From Candidatus Aenigmatarchaeota archaeon (GTDB lineage: Archaea > Aenigmatarchaeota > Aenigmatarchaeia > QMZP01), in contig JAWCLA010000021.1 of assembly GCA_039091855.1 (NCBI GenBank), positions 1 to 12,574 on the forward strand: a stretch of DNA of 12,574 bases, given 5' to 3'. Numbering within the stretch: position 1 is the stretch's first letter; the number at the start of each line of letters is the position of its first letter. Under the pieces are notes generated by a model, which saw only the letters and a list, made by a program, of their open reading frames with translations, searched no databases and had not been told where the DNA came from. Shown here piece after piece: positions 6,662 to 12,574 of this stretch. The position numbers and the translations under genes were made by a program.

Positions 6662-7570
6662 ATGAACAAGGAGCATCTCGGAACCATTCTAGCTGTAATT
6701 ACAGCAATAATAAGCGGTATCGCAATACCTCTCAACAAGATTTTTGTAGTACAGATGGAGCCTGCTGTTTTCACAGCAATAAGGGCGCTGATAATAGGGC
6801 TGGTTTTTCTCGCTTTTGCAGGCTGGAAATCCAAAAAGGGAAAAACCTCTTTCAGGAAAGTTCCCTGGAAATACCTGATTGCTATAGGGATAATAGGCGG
6901 TGGGCTTGCGTTTCTACTTTACTTCACAGGGCTCAGGATGACCACTGCAGGAAGGGCAGCCTTCCTTCACAAGACACTGCCAATATACACATCCGTTCTC
7001 GCCTTCATATTCCTGAAGGAAAGGGTTTCCCGACGACAGTCCGTAGCCCTTCTAGTGATGCTTGTAGGGACATTCCTTTTGGTTTCAGCCCAGATAAGCC
7101 CTTCTGAATTCTGGAGCAACCCACAGCTCGGTGATATGTTAGTCCTTTTTGCAACAATGCTTTGGGGAGTGGAGAACGTTCTTGCAAGATACGCTTTGCT
7201 TAAGGATGAGTCAAACTATGTGGTTTCGTTTGCAAGGATGTTCATAGGTTCAATATTCCTGTTCTCTGCTGTTCTGGCTCTGGGAAAGGCTGAATCGCTC
7301 CTTGCCTTAACGCAAGCACAAATCCAGAACGTTCTTATATCTACAGGAGTGCTTTTCTGCTATGTTTTCTGCTATTACTGGTCAATCAAGCTGATAAACG
7401 TCTCAAAGGCATCAACCCTGCTCCTTCTTTCTCCTGTGATAACCCTTTTTATAGGAGTTTTGGTATTTGGAGAGCCAACACCGCTTCTTCAGCTGATAGG
7501 CTCCGCACTGATATTAGGTGGGGCTTTCTTTGTCGCAAGAGAGAAAAGCGTTATGGCAAGCGGGGTTTAA
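6662..7570 (+). CDS. DMT/EamA-family transporter
   Basis: 302 aa with about 10 hydrophobic segments in two EamA repeats (LAFLLYFTGL..T, FIFLKE, LLSPV..LFIG...FGE, LIGSALILGG). Confidence 0.93.
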   Translation: MNKEHLGTILAVITAIISGIAIPLNKIFVVQMEPAVFTAIRALIIGLVFLAFAGWKSKKGKTSFRKVPWKYLIAIGIIGGGLAFLLYFTGLRMTTAGRAAFLHKTLPIYTSVLAFIFLKERVSRRQSVALLVMLVGTFLLVSAQISPSEFWSNPQLGDMLVLFATMLWGVENVLARYALLKDESNYVVSFARMFIGSIFLFSAVLALGKAESLLALTQAQIQNVLISTGVLFCYVFCYYWSIKLINVSKASTLLLLSPVITLFIGVLVFGEPTPLLQLIGSALILGGAFFVAREKSVMASGV

Positions 7571-7576
7571 CAGATT

Positions 7577-8236
7577 ATGAGCCATATGCCAAAAAGGTTT
7601 ATCGAAAGATATGAAAACATTGTTGACGACAAGGAGGCGTTTTTTTCAACCCTCCTGAAAAGAACAAAAAAATCCTTCAGGGTCAACACCCTCAAGTCCT
7701 CTGTTTCTGAAGTCAGGAAGAGAATGAAGTCATATGGTATAGAGATAAAGAATATGGAATGGTATCCAGAGGCGTTTGTTTCTGAAAACCCCTTTGTAAG
7801 CTCAACCCTTGAGCACTTTCTTGGATACATATATATGCAGGAGCTTGCCTCAATGCTGCCGGTTCTGGCTGCCAGAAAGGATATAAGGAAGGCCGAACTC
7901 GTTTTGGACTGCTGTGCCGCCCCTGGCTCAAAGACGACGCAGATGGCTGCAATAATGAAAGACCGTGGCACGATAATCGCAAACGACTTGAGCTATGAAA
8001 GGATAAGGGCGCTTAAGTTCAACCTTGAGAAGTCAGGCGTCCTTAACGCTGTGATAACCAACCAGGACATAAGATTTTTCAAAGGAGGCGATAAACTTCG
8101 GTTCGATGTTGTAATACTTGATGCTCCCTGCTCCTCAGAAGGAACAGTAAGGAAGAACCCTGGCATTCTTCGGAATTGGTCTGAAAATTACATCCACATC
8201 ACAACGACACGGATGGGTTTTTCATCGCTAAAATAA
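7577..8236 (+). pseudogene. RsmB/NOP2/NSUN-family RNA m5C methyltransferase, C-terminally truncated
   Basis: RVNTLK, YMQELASMLP, LDCCAAPGSKTTQ, AND and LDAPCSSEG (motif IV) are present. Family resemblance ends near WSENYI (~8194), motif VI (YSTC) is absent, and an IS end lies at 8254. Confidence 0.85.
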
Positions 8237-8280
8237 GGAAATATAAATATGATGAGACTGTTAACATAAGAATGTTGAGA

Positions 8281-8318
8281 GCATAGGTATATGCAGGAAA
8301 ACCAACATATACCTATGC
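8281..8318. repeat. Perfect 13-bp inverted repeat (hairpin) inside the IS left end
   Basis: GCATAGGTATATG (8281-8293) / CATATACCTATGC (8306-8318), 12-nt loop. Confidence 0.9.
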
Positions 8319-8362
8319 ATGAACCTCCTCCCAACAATAGAGAATAGTATCAGGGACGTGAT

Positions 8363-8985
8363 TTGGAAGGACGGCTTTATGAAATTGGCTTAAGCCGTCA
8401 ATCTAAAAACGTCTTCAAGCGCAACAAGAAGCCAATTCTGACCAATCGTGTCAGCACTGATAACCAATGCAAGGTTGTCCCTCGGGCAAACAGGTCTATT
8501 GCTTTAACTAATGTCTACCACGTTTCGGTCAGGAAGTATCACAGGGCATTGAGAAAGCTGCTTTATGGGATTAAGCCAAAATACAGGACAATGATTGCAG
8601 TTGATGAGACAAAGCTGAAGGTCAACGGAAGGCTCGTTATAGTCTACGCGGCAATAGACGTTGTCACCCAAGAGATATTGGCTATCAGGATAATGCCTGA
8701 GAGTAGCGAATTCCAGACCTATAGTATCTAGCTCATGTTGTTATATTTTTCGCCGTTAATTTGTGATACAGATATTGTTTTCAAAAGGCTAAAAAAGTTT
8801 AAGTCGCTGCTATATACTAGACCTGTTAATGCAGGAAGTTCGCAGGATGCATTGGGAGAACCAAGGTTTGACATACAGGGAACCTTGGTACACAAAATGG
8901 AGCTTATTTGAATAGCGGCATAGAAAACCTCCAGGCTTTTCTCGAGGTTTTTGTGGGGCTGTATAAACTTGAAAAGGGCTTTTAA
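8363..8985 (+). pseudogene. IS6-family DDE transposase remnant
   Basis: Fragments in several frames: VFKRNKKP; NARLSLGQTG (frameshifted); RTMIAVDETKLKVNGRLVIVYAAIDVVTQEILAI; then LMQEVRR/CIGR/LTYREPWY (degenerate D.GPWY) after ~8826; then IENLQAFLEVFVGLYK...stop. The segment expected to carry the catalytic Glu (RN.VER.F) is missing. Confidence 0.85.
8722..8819. mobile_element. 98-bp MITE-like insertion nested in the IS6 transposase
   Basis: TIRs TAGTATCTAGC (8722-8732) versus the reverse complement of 8809-8819, TAGTATATAGC (10/11). Flanked by GACCTA (8716-8721) / GACCTG (8820-8825). Transposase homology stops and resumes at these borders. Confidence 0.6.
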
Positions 8986-9060
8986 GTTAACAGTCACTAA
9001 TTAACTTACACAGGCCCCACCCAATTTAGTGAAGATTATTTTAAAGATGAGTTAAAAATT

Positions 9061-10257
9061 TCATTTCCTGAAATTGTATGAAATTCCCTTTCCTGAAACC
9101 TTGAAGTATCTTCCACCACTTCCAAAATTGTACCTGAATGCAATGCTAGTTATTATGGGAGCGACTATGCTGACTGATATGAAAAGCACCACGAAAACCG
9201 AGAACATCGCAGGATTGGTGGTGGAGAAAGCCATTGAAGCCATAACTACCGTAAGCTCGGAAAGTGAAATCATCCCCGAGCCGAGCTTTGCCGATTCCTC
9301 CATTGAGAAATTGAAAGCCCTGAAGGTTATTGAAGTTGTCAGCCATTTTATTCCTATGAGGACTGCCATAAGGGCGATTATGAAATACAGCTGGGAATAA
9401 ACCGCGTAAATGTTGAACGCAAGCCCTATCGAGCCGAAGAATATTGGTATGAAGAAGCCTTCGCCTATGTCCTTTATTTTTTTCGCCGCCACTGCGTATT
9501 GGTTGCTCTTGCTAAGAAGCATTCCAGCAAAGAAAACACCAACGAGAGAGGCGAGCTTTAGCTCCTCTGTGAGCACGCCGAATACCATAGCCATCATAAG
9601 GGTGAAAGGGACGAGAATTTCGTCTATTCCGTGTTTTTGTATGATAGTTGTTATCCTGTTAACAAACCTGCCGCTCACCCTTCCCATAACAACAAAGAAT
9701 CCTATTAGAAGGAGAACTATCGTCAATATCGGCAACAGGTTGAGAGTAGAGGTTGAAACAAAGCCCGCAAGTATGGTTATCGCTATTATTCCTACCATAT
9801 CCCCGACTACATTTACCGCCATAAGGGTTTCACCTATCGGGGTCTTCATCTCATTCAGCTCTATAAGGATTCTTGAAATGAATGCCGTGCTTGTGTTGAC
9901 GGCTATCAGGCTTATCGCAACATTTGTGTAAAAGTCCCAACCAACATAAAGCCCTATCAGGAACACTACAACAAAGGTTAACACCCCCCTTATGCATTCT
10001 ATCCAGCCAAGTGTTTCCGCCCTGTTCTCCAGTCTTTTCCAGTCTATAAGCATGCTTATAAGGAGGACAAGGAATATCAGCCCGAGCTCGCTAATTTCCT
10101 CTATAAGCGGCGTTTTGGTGACGAGGCTTAGGACAGAGGGTCCCACTATCACTCCCGCAAGAACCTCTCCGGCAACGCTTGGCTGCTTCAGCTTGCTGAA
10201 AATTATCCCTCCTGCCTTTGCCGCGAAAAGCAGCACTATAAGACCAAACAGTTCCAT
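9061..10257 (-). CDS. Cation:proton antiporter, CPA2 (NapA/KefB-like), no KTN domain
   Basis: KLKQPSVAGEVLAGVIVGPS, ELGLIFL, TS...ILIELN, VGVFFAGM, FFIPIFFGSIG and SELT motifs; about 12-13 TM segments. Confidence 0.93.
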   Translation of the reverse strand: MELFGLIVLLFAAKAGGIIFSKLKQPSVAGEVLAGVIVGPSVLSLVTKTPLIEEISELGLIFLVLLISMLIDWKRLENRAETLGWIECIRGVLTFVVVFLIGLYVGWDFYTNVAISLIAVNTSTAFISRILIELNEMKTPIGETLMAVNVVGDMVGIIAITILAGFVSTSTLNLLPILTIVLLLIGFFVVMGRVSGRFVNRITTIIQKHGIDEILVPFTLMMAMVFGVLTEELKLASLVGVFFAGMLLSKSNQYAVAAKKIKDIGEGFFIPIFFGSIGLAFNIYAVYSQLYFIIALMAVLIGIKWLTTSITFRAFNFSMEESAKLGSGMISLSELTVVMASMAFSTTNPAMFSVFVVLFISVSIVAPIITSIAFRYNFGSGGRYFKVSGKGISYNFRK

Positions 10258-10301
10258 ATTCTTTCCCCCTTTGTCCGCAGGGGAAAGGGAAGAGAATCAA
10301 A

Positions 10302-10745
10302 TTATTGGAATTCTGTCAGCTTCTTGAACACATCCCTTATCCTAAGCACGCCAAGAAGCTTTCCGTTTTGGTCCACTACGTGCAGCATCTTGTAGTTGTT
10401 GGCGTGCATTATTCGGAATGCAGAGCTCAGCTTTTCCTCTGGAGATATGGATGTGAACTTGGTGTGCATTATCTCCCTTATGGGAAAGCTGAAATACTCC
10501 TTTTTCACGTGGTCAAGCCACGGGTTTGAAACCGCAAAGAACGAGGGGGACTCATGCTTTACTATTTTTATAAGGTCATTTTCCGTCAAGACGCCTATCA
10601 GGTTGTTGTCCTCATTAGTTACAGAAAGGAAGTCTACCCTTTCCTTTCTCATTAGGTCTATTGCCTCCTGAATGGTAATTGTTGGTCGCACTGTGAAAGG
10701 CTCGCTCATAACGTCTTTCACGCGGATTTCGGTTGTCTTGAGCAT
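10302..10745 (-). CDS. Stand-alone CBS-domain-pair protein
   Basis: VKDVMS, LIGVLTENDL, IREIMH and VVDQNGKLLGVLRIRDV motifs; 44 nt upstream of the antiporter. Confidence 0.93.
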   Translation of the reverse strand: MLKTTEIRVKDVMSEPFTVRPTITIQEAIDLMRKERVDFLSVTNEDNNLIGVLTENDLIKIVKHESPSFFAVSNPWLDHVKKEYFSFPIREIMHTKFTSISPEEKLSSAFRIMHANNYKMLHVVDQNGKLLGVLRIRDVFKKLTEFQ

Positions 10746-10874
10746 AAGCTCACGCGCAATACCCCTGACCGCCTAATTCTTGGGAGAAAAGGGATAATAT
10801 ATTATATGGTGGCAGGTATTCTTAAATACATACCCCCAATACAGCAAGAGAAAATATTGCCAACAGATATTGGT

Positions 10875-11906
10875 TTACAGGTATTTGCCAGCGCTCTTTA
10901 TGCACTCAACAGTCAGCTTAACGGCATTCTCCATATCCCTCGTGTCAACAACCTCAACCGGTGTGTGAACATACCTGACAGGAACTGCTATGCACGCCCC
11001 GGGAACCCCTTCCCTTATTATTGGGGCAATAGAGGCGTCTGTCGCGCCCCCACTCATCACGTTAAGTTGCAAGGGAATCTTTGATGCCTTTGCCGTTTCA
11101 ACTACCCATCTCTTCACTTTTGGGTTTATTATGCTTATCGCGTCCTTGAGGTCAAGCGTGGGTCCCTTGCCAAGCTTCAGCGAAGATTCTGTTGGCTTTA
11201 TTTCAGGTGTGTCTCCTGCTATGTTGGTATCGAGGGCTATGACAGCGTCAGGGTTTATTCCAAATATGGTTCCTCTCACACCTATAAGTCCTATTTCCTC
11301 CTGTATAGTGCCTGCTGCATAAACAGTTCCCTTGAAGCCCTTCAGCCTTCTCATAACCTCTATCATAACAGCGCAGCCAACCCTGTTGTCAAACCCATAT
11401 CCTGTTGCCCTTGTGCCGAGAAGCTGGCTTATCTCCCCGTGATGTGTTATTGGGTCTCCTATGCCTATTCCTGCCTTTTCCACATCCTCCCTGCTTTCGG
11501 CGCCTATGTCAATGAAAAGCTCCTTCAGCTTGTAAGGAACCTTCTGCTCTTCCTTGTCCTGTATGTGAACGGGTTTTGTCCCCACCACCCCAACCACAGG
11601 GCCTTTTGAGCCGTGTATCCTTACCTTTGCCCCAGGAAGTATCCTCTCGTCCCAGCCACCAACGGTTTCGAACCTTATGAAACCTGATTTTTCTATGTAT
11701 TTTACCATAAGCCCTAGCTCGTCCATATGGGCCGCGAGCAGGATTTTTGGAGAACCATTTCCCTTTGTTGCTATAAGGTTCCCTATCTTATCGGTCCTTA
11801 TGTTGTCACAGAACGGCTTGATTTCCTTCATTATGACATCTCTGACACTCTCTTCAGATCCTGATATAGATGGGGCCTCAACAAGCTTTTCAAGCAGCTT
11901 CAGCAT
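10875..11906 (-). CDS. M42-family (TET/FrvX-like) metallo-aminopeptidase
   Basis: Start at 11906 (MLKLLEKLVEAPSISGSEE) with SD GAGGTG at 11917-11912; AAHMDE, DNRVG, QEEIGLIG, ALD, GGATDA and RYVHTP motifs; 343 aa. Confidence 0.95.
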   Translation of the reverse strand: MLKLLEKLVEAPSISGSEESVRDVIMKEIKPFCDNIRTDKIGNLIATKGNGSPKILLAAHMDELGLMVKYIEKSGFIRFETVGGWDERILPGAKVRIHGSKGPVVGVVGTKPVHIQDKEEQKVPYKLKELFIDIGAESREDVEKAGIGIGDPITHHGEISQLLGTRATGYGFDNRVGCAVMIEVMRRLKGFKGTVYAAGTIQEEIGLIGVRGTIFGINPDAVIALDTNIAGDTPEIKPTESSLKLGKGPTLDLKDAISIINPKVKRWVVETAKASKIPLQLNVMSGGATDASIAPIIREGVPGACIAVPVRYVHTPVEVVDTRDMENAVKLTVECIKSAGKYL

Positions 11907-11976
11907 ATTAACACCTCTGAATATATATGGTAGATATTTGGCTTCTTTATATTTATTGAATTGCCCATAAATTAGT

Positions 11977-12574
11977 ATGAGCCTGAAGGACGAGCTCATA
12001 GGCAAAATCCCAAAAAATCGCCTCTCTTTCCTGAGGACAGGGTTCGACATAATAGGGGATGTTGCCGTTATCGAGATACCTGATGAATTGGAAAGGCAGA
12101 AGATGGCGATAGCGAAAGCAGTTCTAATGGCAAACAGGAACGTGAGGACAGTTTGCAGAAAGCTCGGCGAAAGGGAAGGAAGATACAGGCTCAGGGAGAT
12201 GGAAATTCTTCTTGGAAAAAGCACAGAGACCGTCCACAGGGAATATGGGTGTGCTTTCAAGCTGGATGTGAGAAAGGTTTACTTTTCCCCAAGAGAGGGT
12301 ACGGAAAGGCAAAGGGTTGCCGAGCAGGTCAAGCCAAAGGAAACTGTTATGGTGATGTTCGAGGGCGTAGGACCCTATGCAATACAAATTGCCAAAAAGC
12401 AGCCAAAGGTGAAAAAGGTGATTGCCATTGAGATAAACCCGAAGGCAGTTGAATACATGAGAGAGAACATAACGCTGAACAAGGTTTCTGACAGGGTTGA
12501 GCCTGTTCTGGGTGATGTAAGTAGGGCTGCAAAAAGGTTTTACGGAACCTGCGACAGGGTTGTCATGCCGCTTC
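11977..12574 (+). CDS. trm5: Trm5-family tRNA G37 methyltransferase (partial; runs off the right edge; not in ORF track)
   Basis: MSLKDELIGKIP...FDIIGDVAVI...GEREGRYRLR...TETVHREYGCAFKLDVRKVYFSPREGTER...MFEGVGPYAI...AIEINPKA...DRVVMPL; TATA-like TTTATATT at 11946-11953. Confidence 0.93.
   Translation, partial: MSLKDELIGKIPKNRLSFLRTGFDIIGDVAVIEIPDELERQKMAIAKAVLMANRNVRTVCRKLGEREGRYRLREMEILLGKSTETVHREYGCAFKLDVRKVYFSPREGTERQRVAEQVKPKETVMVMFEGVGPYAIQIAKKQPKVKKVIAIEINPKAVEYMRENITLNKVSDRVEPVLGDVSRAAKRFYGTCDRVVMPL

Larger units (their letters stand above)
8254..8997 (+). mobile_element. Decayed IS6-family insertion sequence (744 bp)
   Basis: Imperfect TIRs: GAGACTGTTAACATAA (8254-8269) versus the reverse complement of 8982-8997, GTGACTGTTAACTTAA (14/16). 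The transposase remnant lies between them and ends in the right TIR. No flanking direct repeat. Confidence 0.8.

Noticed and set aside
8728-8997. 89-aa minus-strand ORF within the IS
   Set aside because: It begins in the TIR, crosses the MITE border and is antisense to transposase fragments.
8246-9005. 8-bp target-site duplication around the IS6
   Set aside because: The flanks AATATGAT and TAATTAAC do not match.
9074-11970. Several plus-strand ORFs (e.g. 9410-9931, 10990-11322, 11677-11970)
   Set aside because: They lie opposite well-supported genes and have no recognisable motifs or start signals.
11907-12260. 118-aa N-terminal extension of the M42 ORF in the track
   Set aside because: It is largely antisense to trm5; M42 homology and an SD point to the start at 11906.
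1-12574. tRNA, rRNA or CRISPR array
   Set aside because: No cloverleaf, rRNA-like segment or regularly spaced direct repeats were seen by eye in the intergenic regions.

Overview
Archaeal chromosomal window; the gene set, short intergenic spaces, TATA-box/leaderless starts and AGR-rich Arg codons suggest a small-genome, DPANN-like archaeon (inference). From left to right: a partial membrane-protein gene, type II map, a minimal alkyltransferase with an atypical PCYRV site, and a long coiled-coil protein. Next are two small basic genes missed by the ORF track: a 46-aa Cys4 zinc ribbon (DUF5679-like) and a 54-aa CC1-like chromatin protein, each with a strong Shine-Dalgarno site and sharing a hairpin/T-tract terminator. 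Then come a MEMO1/AmmeMemoRadiSam-B gene and a co-oriented cluster (HypC-like, HypC-domain/DUF6390-like, metallo-beta-lactamase fold, ATP-grasp, EamA, truncated RsmB/NOP2 m5C methyltransferase). A decayed IS6 element with terminal inverted repeats carries a nested ~98-bp MITE-like insertion. The window ends with a CPA2 antiporter plus CBS protein, an M42 (TET) aminopeptidase and a partial Trm5. The two best candidates for undescribed systems are the zinc-ribbon/CC1 tandem nucleoid-protein operon and the double-HypC/MBL/ATP-grasp/EamA cluster, which has no hydrogenase genes in this window. Family calls come from recalled motifs; no searches were run.
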